DNA from: Alphaproteobacteria bacterium
GTDB taxonomy: Bacteria > Pseudomonadota > Alphaproteobacteria > JAPULJ01
Length of the DNA stretch: 64,000 nt
Direction: 5' to 3'
Assembly (NCBI GenBank): GCA_037387885.1
Contig: JARRKQ010000009.1
Location: 1,601-65,600 of the forward strand
Notes under the pieces: generated by a model
What the model saw: only the letters and a program-made list of their open reading frames with translations
What the model was told of the DNA's origin: nothing
Databases searched by the model: none
Part shown: piece by piece, positions 1 through 8,133 of the stretch
Numbering within the stretch: position 1 is the stretch's first letter
Layout of the letters: each line of letters begins with the position of its first letter
Made by a program: the position numbers and the translations under genes

Positions 1-329
1 CGCCGCCCGATATCGAGATCGACGACGGCGGCATGCACCGACTGGTTCGCCTTGAGGCGGCCGTCATGCAGCCGCACTTTCGTTCCGGCAGGCTTCAACG
101 GCAGATGACGCAGCCAGGCGGCAAAGCTACCGGGCCGGGCGACCACACGCGTATAGCCGCGCGGCGGCGCGAAGCGGCTTGCGATCGTATCCCGCCCGGC
201 TGCCCCATCGCTCAGCCAGGAATAAACCGGCCTCTCGGCCATCGCCGCTTCCGTTGTGGCCAGCGCAAAGGCCCCCGCCAGCATCGCGCCGGCACAGAGC
301 GACAAACTCGGTTTCTTGGGCTGGGTCAT
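1..329 (-). CDS. Exported hypothetical protein, N-terminal part only (gene runs off the left edge); resembles DUF4846-type proteins
   Basis: Own translation from ATG at 329-327 (minus): MTQPKKPSLSLCAGAMLAGAFALATTEAAMAERPVYSWLSDG...VRLHDGRLKANQSVHAAVVDLDIG. Signal-peptide-like start. Absent from the ORF track because no stop lies in the window. Confidence 0.5.
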   Translation of the reverse strand, partial: MTQPKKPSLSLCAGAMLAGAFALATTEAAMAERPVYSWLSDGAAGRDTIASRFAPPRGYTRVVARPGSFAAWLRHLPLKPAGTKVRLHDGRLKANQSVHAAVVDLDIGR

Positions 330-379
330 CGCACCGTGATACGCCGCGCGGCCGGCAAATATCCGTGTCTCAGCCGGCC

Positions 380-931
380 TCAAATCGCCTTGTCGCCGAG
401 CTTCTTGCGCAGGATGCGGATGTTGAGCCGGGCGGCGGGCAGATGCGGATTGATCGCGAGCGCCGCCTTGAACGCCGACAGCGCCGCGCGGTTCCGGCCG
501 AGCTTCGAATAGACGAGCCCGCGCCCGGAGAGCGCACCGAAATGCCGGGGCTCGAGCTTGAGCGTCCGCTCGATATCTCTCAGCGACCCCGCATAGTCGC
601 CCAGCAGATAGCGCGCCGTCGCGCGCCGGTTCCAGCCCTCGGCGAAGCCGGGCGCCATTCGAACGACCTGGCCGAACAGCGCCGCCGCCTCGCCAAACCT
701 GTTCCCGCGCAGATGAACCTGGCCGCGCTGCAGCAGTGAGTTCACGGTCGGGTTCGTGCTGTCGAACCAAATGGCCCAGATGCTATGCGCGATGCGCGCG
801 CCGTCCCGCGCATTGGCCGCCGCCTTCAACTGAGCAAACAACGGGTCAAGGCGCGGATCGCGCTGATCCGCCCGCGCAAGCCCCGACAGCGCGGCGAAGA
901 CGACAAATACAAGCGCAATTGTTCGCATCAC
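380..931 (-). CDS. TPR-repeat protein with signal peptide
   Basis: 183-aa ORF. N-terminal hydrophobic leader ending ARA, then TPR-like repeats (GEAAALFGQVVRMAPGFAEGWNRRATARYLLGDYAGSLRDIERTLKLEP...). Overlaps the glcF stop by 4 nt. Confidence 0.7.
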   Translation of the reverse strand: MMRTIALVFVVFAALSGLARADQRDPRLDPLFAQLKAAANARDGARIAHSIWAIWFDSTNPTVNSLLQRGQVHLRGNRFGEAAALFGQVVRMAPGFAEGWNRRATARYLLGDYAGSLRDIERTLKLEPRHFGALSGRGLVYSKLGRNRAALSAFKAALAINPHLPAARLNIRILRKKLGDKAI

Positions 932-2232
932 TTGCCTCCATCCCTGATCGCCGGCGGCATGGGACCGCCGGTCGCCCAGTCGAGCAGCTCAACGGTGTGG
1001 ACGACCGGGATCGCCGTGCCGCCGGCGATCTGGGTCATGCAGCCGATGTTGCCCGTCGCGATCGCATGGGGTGCGGTGCGCTCGAGGTTGCCGACCTTGC
1101 GGTCGCGCAAGCGCGCGGCGAGGTCCGGCTGCAGCAAGTTGTAGGTTCCCGCCGAGCCGCAACAGAGGTGCCCCTCGGCGGGCTCACGGAGATCATATCC
1201 CGCGGCACGGAGCAACGCCTTCGGTTCCACGGTCAGCTTCTGGCCATGTTGCATCGAGCAAGCCGAATGGTAGGCGACGACCATCCCCCGCCCCGCCGTC
1301 TCCTTTGCTTCCTGCAAGCCAAGTGTCGTCATCAGCTCGGTCACGTCCTTGGTGATTGCGGCGACGCGGGCGGCATCCTTGGCAAGCGCCTGATCCTCAG
1401 CGAACATGAAGCCGTAATCCTTGACCGTCGTGCCGCAACCCGAGGCGTTGATCACCAACGCGTCGAGCCCGGCGTCATGCATCTCGGCACACCAGGCGCG
1501 AATGTTCGCCGCGGCCGCAGCGTGCGACTCGTCCGTCCGCCCCATGTGATGCGCCAGCGCGCCGCAACAACCGGCACCTTCGGCGATCACCACCTCGCAG
1601 CCGTGACGGGTCAAAAGCCGCACCGTCGCCTCGTTGATCTGCGGCGCCAGCACGCCCTGGGCGCAACCGATGAGCAAAGCCACGCGCGCTTTCTTCTGTC
1701 CCTCGGCCGGGAAGACCTGTGGCGCGTCGACCGGCGAGGGCTTGGGCAACCGCCTTGGCGCCAGCGCCACCATCGCCTTCAACCGTCCCGGCATCGCCCA
1801 AGCGAAGGCGCGCCCAAGCGCTGCGCCCCGAAGCGCCAGGCGGAAGCGGCTCGGGTACGGCACGAGGCGCGCGATCAGGCCGCGCAACATCCGGTCGGCG
1901 AGCGGACGCTTGTATGTCTCCTCGATCCGCGCCCGGGCGAGATCGACCAGATGCATGTAATGCACGCCCGAGGGACAGGTCGTCATGCAGGCGAGGCACG
2001 AGAGGCAGCGGTCGATATGGAGCGCCGTGCGCGCATCCGCCGGCCGGTCCTGCTCAAGCATCTCCTTGATCAGGTAGATGCGGCCGCGCGGGCTGTCGGC
2101 TTCGTCGCCCAGCAACACATAGGTCGGGCACGTCGCGGTGCAGAAGCCGCAATGGACGCAGGCGCGCAGGATCTTGTCGGCAACCGCTATGTCCGGTTCG
2201 GCGCGCTGGGCCTCGGTGAAGTGGGTCTGCAT
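928..2232 (-). CDS. glcF: Glycolate oxidase iron-sulfur subunit GlcF
   Basis: 434 aa. Two ferredoxin-type Cys clusters (CVHCGFCTATCP, CLSCLACMTTCP) followed by CCG-type domains (GCCG, CCGSAG), as in GlcF. Confidence 0.9.
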   Translation of the reverse strand: MQTHFTEAQRAEPDIAVADKILRACVHCGFCTATCPTYVLLGDEADSPRGRIYLIKEMLEQDRPADARTALHIDRCLSCLACMTTCPSGVHYMHLVDLARARIEETYKRPLADRMLRGLIARLVPYPSRFRLALRGAALGRAFAWAMPGRLKAMVALAPRRLPKPSPVDAPQVFPAEGQKKARVALLIGCAQGVLAPQINEATVRLLTRHGCEVVIAEGAGCCGALAHHMGRTDESHAAAAANIRAWCAEMHDAGLDALVINASGCGTTVKDYGFMFAEDQALAKDAARVAAITKDVTELMTTLGLQEAKETAGRGMVVAYHSACSMQHGQKLTVEPKALLRAAGYDLREPAEGHLCCGSAGTYNLLQPDLAARLRDRKVGNLERTAPHAIATGNIGCMTQIAGGTAIPVVHTVELLDWATGGPMPPAIRDGGK

Positions 2233-2244
2233 GCGCGGGCCCTC

Positions 2245-3483
2245 TCAGACCCCGGCCTGCATGCGGCCGGGATTGAGCACGCCGCGCGGATCGAAGTTCT
2301 CCTTCAGGCGCGCGGTCAGCGCGGCCAAGGCCGCATCCTGCGGCTGGAAAACCTCGACGGCCGCGCGGATGTCCGCCGGCGCGCGGAACAGCGTCGCATG
2401 CCCGCCGCTCGCCGCCACTGCGCCACGCACGGCGCCTGCCCCCGCATCGTCGCGCATATCTCCGTTCAGGGGCATCGCCAGCCAAATGAGCCCGCCGCCC
2501 CAATCGTAGAGCGCCTCGGCCGCAACGCCCGCCCCCGTGATCGCCGCAACCACGCCCGCGCCCTCGCTGGGCGGCACCGAAATCCGCCAGACGATACGCT
2601 CGTCATTGCCGGCAAAGAACGAAACGTCGCGCACCTCGCGCCAGAAGGCGCTCGAATTGTGGCCATGCAACTCCTCGGTCGGCCCACTACCGCCCAGGGC
2701 TTCGCGCAAGGCAGCGCAGCGGTGCTCGACCGACGGCCCCGGCCCCTCGACGCGGAGCGCCGTCACCGCACCGCCTGACTTGCTAACATAAGAGACGCCC
2801 GACCGCGCAGCGAGCGCCGGCGGCAAATGCGCCGCGCCCGAGACCTCGTGCGCGCTGCCGAGCCCCGCCGCCATTGCCGCGCCGGCGTCGGCGTCGTCGA
2901 GCCCTTCGATCAGCACGGTCCGCGTCTTCTCCGGCGCCGGCAACACCTTGACCGTGAGCGCCGACATCACCGCCAGCGTCCCATACGACCCGGCGATCAG
3001 CTTGCAAATGTCGTAGCCGGTCACGTTCTTGACCACGCGCCCGCCTGCCTTGAAGGCCTCGCCGCGCCCGCTCACCGCCTCGAAGCCGAGGAAATGATCG
3101 CGCGCCGCCCCCGCCTTGATGCGCCGCGGCCCGGAAAGATTGCAGGCGACGACCCCGCCGAGCGTCGCCTTGCCCGCCTCGCCGCCCAGCAGCGGTCCGA
3201 GATCGGGCGGCTCGAAGGCGAGCATCTGGCGTTCTTCGGCGAGCGCTTTCTCGATCTCAAGCAATGGCGTGCCGGCCGCGGCCCCGAGCACCAGCTCGTT
3301 CGGCTCGTAAAGCCCGATCCCGGACAAGCGCGAGACGTCGAGCGTGCGGTCGGCCTGGCTCGGCCGGCCGAGGGCGCGCTTCGTCCCCGCGCCGATCACC
3401 TCCAGGGGCGACGCCTCGGCCACCGCCCATTTGACGGCATCCAGCAATTCCTCGGCGTTCTTCGGGCGCAGCCGTTCGGCCAC
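2245..3483 (-). CDS. glcE: Glycolate oxidase FAD-binding subunit GlcE
   Basis: 412 aa. FAD-binding PCMH-type N-terminus (VIGAGTKRALGRP...). Sits immediately upstream of glcF on the same strand. Confidence 0.85.
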   Translation of the reverse strand: MAERLRPKNAEELLDAVKWAVAEASPLEVIGAGTKRALGRPSQADRTLDVSRLSGIGLYEPNELVLGAAAGTPLLEIEKALAEERQMLAFEPPDLGPLLGGEAGKATLGGVVACNLSGPRRIKAGAARDHFLGFEAVSGRGEAFKAGGRVVKNVTGYDICKLIAGSYGTLAVMSALTVKVLPAPEKTRTVLIEGLDDADAGAAMAAGLGSAHEVSGAAHLPPALAARSGVSYVSKSGGAVTALRVEGPGPSVEHRCAALREALGGSGPTEELHGHNSSAFWREVRDVSFFAGNDERIVWRISVPPSEGAGVVAAITGAGVAAEALYDWGGGLIWLAMPLNGDMRDDAGAGAVRGAVAASGGHATLFRAPADIRAAVEVFQPQDAALAALTARLKENFDPRGVLNPGRMQAGV

Positions 3484-3601
3484 AAGCGCTCCCCTTCGGC
3501 TGGTCGTCGCCTCGACGAGCCCGAGTTAGGCGCGCGCGCTCTTCCCGGTCAAGTCCGCCGGCCCGCCAATTTCCGCGCCGCGGCTTTTCAAGATGAACGC
3601 T

Positions 3602-3837
3602 AGATGAACAGGCACTTCACGGGCGGTTCAGCACGACCTCGCTAAAACCGGCATCGTCACGGTCGTCATCCCGTTCCATGCGCCGCTCAAGACGGTCGTG
3701 ACAGCGGCGGGGTCCTGTCCAGGCCCCGCCGCATTGCGTCCAGCCCCATGTCGCGGAATCCCCATAAGAATCCGCCCGGTTCGGGCCGTTCACCTTTCTG
3801 AACCCCAGATGAACGCACACTTCAGATTCGGTTCAGG
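3602..3837. repeat. Pair of imperfect 31-nt direct repeats (3602-3632, 3807-3837) inside an array of TGAAC/GTTCA pentamers
   Basis: AGATGAACAGGCACTTCACGGGCGGTTCAGC versus AGATGAACGCACACTTCAGATTCGGTTCAGG, 23/31 identical. Lies in the 631-bp gap between glcE and the sugar dehydrogenase gene. Confidence 0.6.
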
Positions 3838-4114
3838 GCGGCTCCGCCAGTATCGGCGCCATCACGGTCCAACCTTGTCATCCGCGGTGCTCGTCACACT
3901 GCGCTTGCCCGTGATCCCGCGCCGGGTTGCCTAAAACGGCTTCCCGGCGCCCCCTTTTTCTCCACTTTTCGTGTCACGTTGCCGTGACGGACCCCTCCCG
4001 TTCTTTGACAGGATTTCACCCGCCGCCTATCGTTTCGGGCAAGGCCGCACGCAGCAAGACGTCCGGCGGAACGACCTCCGCCAAAGCGGCCGGTTTGGAA
4101 CGGGAGGTCTCGTT

Positions 4115-5122
4115 ATGAAATTTCTTTCACGCGCCCTTATTGCGCTTGCCCTATCGGGGTTCGCTGTCGGCGCCCAGGCCGAGAGCAAGCACGACGCCAT
4201 CCTGAAACGCATCAAGCTGCCGCCGGGCTTCACGATCTCGGTCTTCGCCGAGGTGCCCAAGCCGCGCTCGCTGGTGATCGGCCGGCCGCTCGGCACCGTT
4301 TTCGTCGGCTCGCGCCACGGCACCATCTATGCGCTGCGCGACACCAATCGCGACGGCAAGGCGAATGAGATCCACAAGCTCGCCGGCGGGCTCAAGACGC
4401 CCAACGGCGTCGCCTTCCAGGACGGGCTGCTCTACATCGCCGAGACCGCGCGGGTGTTCCGCTGGGCGGTGCCGGCCGAATTCGATCTGACGTTGCCCTT
4501 GCAGCCGCGCATCCCGGTCTTCACCGGGCTGCCGACGGAATTCCTGCATGGCTGGCGCTACGCCGCCTTCGGACCCGACCGCAAGCTCTACGTCTCGGTC
4601 GGCTCGCCCTGCAACATCTGCAAACCGAAGGGCTACGAAGGCACCATCATCCGCATGGACGCCAACGGCAAGAACGTCGAGGTTTACGCCAGAGGCATCC
4701 GCAACTCGGTCGGCTTCGACTGGCATCCCAAGACCAAGGAGATGTTCTTCACCGATAACGGCGCCGACGACATGGGCGACGACGTGCCGCCCGACGAGCT
4801 CAACCGCGTCACCGCCAAGGGTCAGAATTTCGGCTTTCCGGTCTTCGGCGGCAAGGTGCGCCTGACGGGCATGGAGAAAGCCAAGCCGCCCGCGGGCGCC
4901 ACCCCGCCGGTGATCGAGTTCCAGGCGCATTCGGCCAATCTCGGCATCCACTTCTATACGGGGAAAATGTTCCCGAGCGAGTATGTGAACGATGCCTTCG
5001 TCGCCCAGCACGGCTCGTGGAACCGCCCCGTTGATATCAAGACCTTACCTGACGATTCGCTCGTCATTTCGGACGATTATGCGAGCGTAATTTACCGCAT
5101 CAGCTACCAAGGAAAAAGGTAG
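4115..5122 (+). CDS. PQQ-dependent sugar (sorbosone/glucose) dehydrogenase family protein, apparently shortened near the C-terminus
   Basis: RBS GGGAGG 8 nt upstream of ATG 4115. Signal peptide MKFLSRALIALALSGFAVGAQA. Family motifs PNGVAF, GWRY, RNSVGFDWHP, FTDNG, HGSWNR, SDDYASVIYRISY. The last ~95 nt are much lower in GC. Confidence 0.8.
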   Translation: MKFLSRALIALALSGFAVGAQAESKHDAILKRIKLPPGFTISVFAEVPKPRSLVIGRPLGTVFVGSRHGTIYALRDTNRDGKANEIHKLAGGLKTPNGVAFQDGLLYIAETARVFRWAVPAEFDLTLPLQPRIPVFTGLPTEFLHGWRYAAFGPDRKLYVSVGSPCNICKPKGYEGTIIRMDANGKNVEVYARGIRNSVGFDWHPKTKEMFFTDNGADDMGDDVPPDELNRVTAKGQNFGFPVFGGKVRLTGMEKAKPPAGATPPVIEFQAHSANLGIHFYTGKMFPSEYVNDAFVAQHGSWNRPVDIKTLPDDSLVISDDYASVIYRISYQGKR

Positions 5123-5124
5123 GG

Positions 5125-5155
5125 TGAGACAAAAGTGAGACAAGGGTTGAGACAA
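5125..5155. repeat. Three TGAGACAA repeats at 11-12 nt spacing
   Basis: TGAGACAA at 5125-5132, 5136-5143 and 5148-5155, directly after the dehydrogenase stop codon. Confidence 0.7.
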
Positions 5156-5158
5156 AAA

Positions 5159-5183
5159 AGAGGGGGACCAATGGTCCCCCTCT
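5159..5183. terminator. Bidirectional intrinsic terminator hairpin
   Basis: AGAGGGGGACC-AAT-GGTCCCCCTCT, a perfect 11-bp stem. Flanked by an A-run upstream (T-run on the minus strand) and the T-rich stretch TCTTGTGGTTTGG downstream. Confidence 0.7.
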
Positions 5184-5345
5184 TGTGGTTTGGTGTGTGG
5201 TGCCGTCAATTCGCATTGGCAGGCTCGGCAGTCCCATCCACTCTCGACGGCTCTGGTGTGTCCGTGTAGGTATTTTCTATCTTCTTTCTGGAAATAATAT
5301 ATTTTCTTTGTCATTCGTTCCTTTTGAAAGAGCCTACCCAAAGAG

Positions 5346-5675
5346 TTGCGATGGCAGGCTCCCCCTTCAATCTGTCTTCTGACAGAATGCCCGTTTGCGG
5401 GCGAGATTGTTTTGATAGTTGGCGGACGGAGTTCCGCCGTTTGGCATCGCTTTCAGATGGCGTCCGTTGCGGAGCGTTGGGCGAAGGGCTACGCGTATTC
5501 GCCGGCGATGCGCGCGAAGGGCGTCGTCTGGACCGAGGCGACGCTCGACGTCTATCTCACCAAACCCAAGGCCTACGTGCCCGGCACGACGATGATCTTC
5601 AGCGGATTGCGCCGGAAGTCCGATCGGGCCGACCTCATCGCCTACTTGAAAAATGCTCTGCGATCAGAGCGCTAA
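5346..5675 (+). pseudogene. Class I cytochrome c remnant: C-terminal half intact, haem-binding CXXCH half missing or decayed
   Basis: From about 5484: [55 protein letters not shown], with the Met ligand region present. No CXXCH and no signal peptide in any frame upstream. Cyt-c-like fragments are scattered over two other frames at 5400-5480. Confidence 0.6.
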
Positions 5676-5684
5676 GCGCGGTTC

Positions 5685-6194
5685 TTACGAGAACGTATCC
5701 AGGTCCACTGCGCTGCGCGCCGGCGGGTTGCGCCAGAACACCATCAGCCACACGACGACCGCGACCACCAGCGCTGAGGGCACCGTATAGGTCCCCATGG
5801 CGACGACGCGCGCCAAAGCCCACTCCGGCGAAATGGTGAGCCCCCACAACGCGGCCGGAATGAGGCCACCCAGCAGGCCCGCCAGCAGGTAGTGCCAGAA
5901 GCGCCACCACCCTAGCTTCACGCAGATCACGTGGACGATGACCCCCAGCGTCGCCGCGATCAGATAGGACACGATTAGCGCGCCGGCGGCGAACCACCAG
6001 AATCCGGTCGAGAACGAGAACCGCGCCGCTCCGGCGGTACTGACAAGCATCGTGATCGCCACGACGATCCACAAGACGACGTTCTGGATGAGGGGCGCCA
6101 CGAGAAACGCGCGGACCGAGCGCTCGAGGATGTTCTCCGGGCGGGGCGCTTTGCCGACCGGCGTCGCCTGGCCAGCGCTACCAAAACCGCTCAT
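5685..6194 (-). CDS. Hypothetical polytopic membrane protein
   Basis: About 169 aa from the ATG at 6194, 2 nt after the glcD stop. Several hydrophobic spans (VVLWIVVAITMLV, LIVSYLIAATLGVIVHVICV, LLAGLLGGLIPAALWGL, ALVVAVVVWLMVF). Confidence 0.55.
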   Translation of the reverse strand: MSGFGSAGQATPVGKAPRPENILERSVRAFLVAPLIQNVVLWIVVAITMLVSTAGAARFSFSTGFWWFAAGALIVSYLIAATLGVIVHVICVKLGWWRFWHYLLAGLLGGLIPAALWGLTISPEWALARVVAMGTYTVPSALVVAVVVWLMVFWRNPPARSAVDLDTFS

Positions 6195-6196
6195 GG

Positions 6197-7678
6197 TCAG
6201 AACCGCTCGATATCCGGAAACCGCACCTGGCCTTTGTGGACGTGCATCTGGCCGAGCTCGGCGCAGCGGTGGAGCGTCGGGAACATCTTGCCGGGATTGA
6301 GCAGGCCGTCGGCGTCGAAGGCGCATTTGACGCGCTGCTGCTGCGCCAGATCGTCCTCGGTGAACATCACGCCCATGAGGTCGCGCTTTTCGACACCCAC
6401 GCCGTGCTCGCCGGTCAACACGCCGCCCACCTCGACGCAGAGCTTCAGGATCTCGGCGCCGAATTCCTCCGTCTTTTCAAGCCCTCCCGGAATATTCGCG
6501 TCATAGAGGATGAGCGGATGCAGGTTGCCGTCGCCGGCATGAAAGACGTTGGCGACGCGAAGCCCGTAATGCGCAGACAGCTCGTTGATCCGCTTCAGCA
6601 CCTCGGGCAAGCGGCCGCGCGGGATCGTGCCGTCCATGCAGTAATAATCGGGCGAGACCTGACCCACGGCCGGAAACGCCGCCTTGCGCCCGGCCCAGAA
6701 ACGCAGGCGCTCCTCCTCGCTGGTGCTGGCGCGGAGGTAGGTGGCGCCGCTTTCTTTGGCGATGCGTTCCACCGTCTCGGTCAGATAGTCGACCTCGACA
6801 TGCGGCCCATCGAGCTCGACGATCAGGAGAGCGCCGACATCGAGGGGATAACCCGCCTTGGCGAAGTTCTCCGAGGCCTCGATGGCGGCCCCGTCCATCA
6901 TCTCCATGCCGCCCGGGATGATGCCGGCGGCGATGATCGCGCCCACACAGTCGCCCGCCGCTTCGCTGGTATCGAAGCCGAGCAGCAGCGCGCGGGCGCT
7001 CTCCGGTGATTTCAGGATCCGCACCGTCACCTCGGTCACGACGCCCAGCAAGCCTTCGGAGCCGGTGATCACGCCCAGCAGGTCGAGCCCCGGCGCGTCG
7101 AGATGCTTGCCGCCGATGCGCATCACCTCGCCCTCGATGGTGACGAACTCGATGCCGAGCACGTTGTTGGTGGTGAGCCCGTATTTCAGGCAATGCACCC
7201 CGCCCGAATTCTCCGCGATGTTGCCGCCGATCGTGCAGGCGATCTGGCTCGAGGGATCGGGCGCATAATAAAAACCTTCGCTTTGGACTGCGTCGGTTAT
7301 GGCGAGGTTGGTCACGCCCGGCTGCACCACCGCGACGCGGTTCGCGTAGTCGATCTCGAGGATCTCCTTGAATTTGCCCAAGCCGAGCAGCACGCCGTCG
7401 GCGAGCGGCAGCGCCCCGCCCGACAGCGACGTCCCCGCCCCGCGCGGCACCACCTTGATGCCTTCGCCGTGACAGTATTTGAGGATTTGCGCGACCTGCC
7501 CGGTCGTCTCGGGCAGCACCACCAGCATTTGCAGCTGACGGTAAGCGGAGAGCCCGTCTCACTCATAAGCCCGGCGCTCCTCCTCGGCGTCGATCACGCC
7601 GTCACCCGGCACGATCGTGCGTAAGGCGGCAGCGATCTCCACGCGCCGGGCGATCACGGCGTCATCGGGTTTGGGCAT
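6197..7678 (-). CDS. glcD: Glycolate oxidase FAD-linked subunit GlcD, interrupted by an in-frame TGA at 7559-7561 (codon 40); uninterrupted ORF is 6197-7528
   Basis: The 443-aa ORF matches GlcD through to ...PTLHRCAELGQMHVHKGQVRFPDIERF. The same frame continues upstream to ATG 7678 as MPKPDDAVIARRVEIAAALRTIVPGDGVIDAEEERRAYE*DGLSAYRQLQMLVVLPET. Confidence 0.85.
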
Positions 7679-7805
7679 CGAGACCATGACTGTCTCCAAA
7701 CCTACGCCAATCGGACCGCAAGGCAAGCGCCACCGGCTCCGGGCATCCGAAGCGGGTAAGAATACGACTGTATGGGAAGCGCGCCAACGGGCGCGCGGGC
7801 GCGCC

Positions 7806-7931
7806 TCAGCCCTGTCGGGCCTTGAAGCGCGGGTTCTGCTTGTTGATCACGTAGACGCGGCCCCGGCGGCGCACGATCTTGCACTGCTTGTGGCGGGTCT
7901 TCGCGGTCTTGAGCGAGTTCAGGACTTTCAT
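7806..7931 (-). CDS. rpmJ: 50S ribosomal protein L36
   Basis: Own translation: [41 protein letters not shown] (41 aa). Too short for the ORF track. Confidence 0.9.
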   Translation of the reverse strand: MKVLNSLKTAKTRHKQCKIVRRRGRVYVINKQNPRFKARQG

Positions 7932-8133
7932 GAGATCGTCTCGCACTAGTTAAGGCCGCTTTTACGGGGCCGACTATAGAAAAGCGGTAGAAACAAGCGC
8001 CGGCGCCCGGGGGTCCGGAGGCCGGCAAAACGGAACTTAAGCACGCCGCCGCAGCCTGTCAATGTGGGCCGCCCAGGTTGCAGGGCCCGGCCCCAATGGC
8101 GCGAGACGAGCGAGATGTCCCCCAACGGACGCG

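Noticed and set aside
3617-3934. ORFs 3617..3820 (-) and 3698..3934 (+) in the glcE / dehydrogenase intergenic region.
   Set aside because: No RBS, odd composition, and they overlap the strong RNA hairpins and repeats. The region is better explained as non-coding.
5045-5382. ORFs inside the low-GC patch. One is 5045..5341 (-) 98 aa, with an AAGGAA RBS at its internal Met. The other is 5185..5382 (+) 65 aa, partly hydrophobic. I considered a small toxin plus antisense RNA (type I TA-like) arrangement.
   Set aside because: The minus-strand ORF reads straight through the perfect terminator hairpin and antisense into the dehydrogenase gene. The plus-strand ORF has no RBS. Neither has recognisable similarity to anything. 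The idea is kept only as a possibility inside the mosaic-patch finding.
7500-7561. Selenocysteine insertion at the glcD TGA.
   Set aside because: Not claimed. Only 4-5 bp stems can be drawn downstream of the UGA, and no sel genes are in this window. It remains one hypothesis in the finding, pending a genome-wide check.
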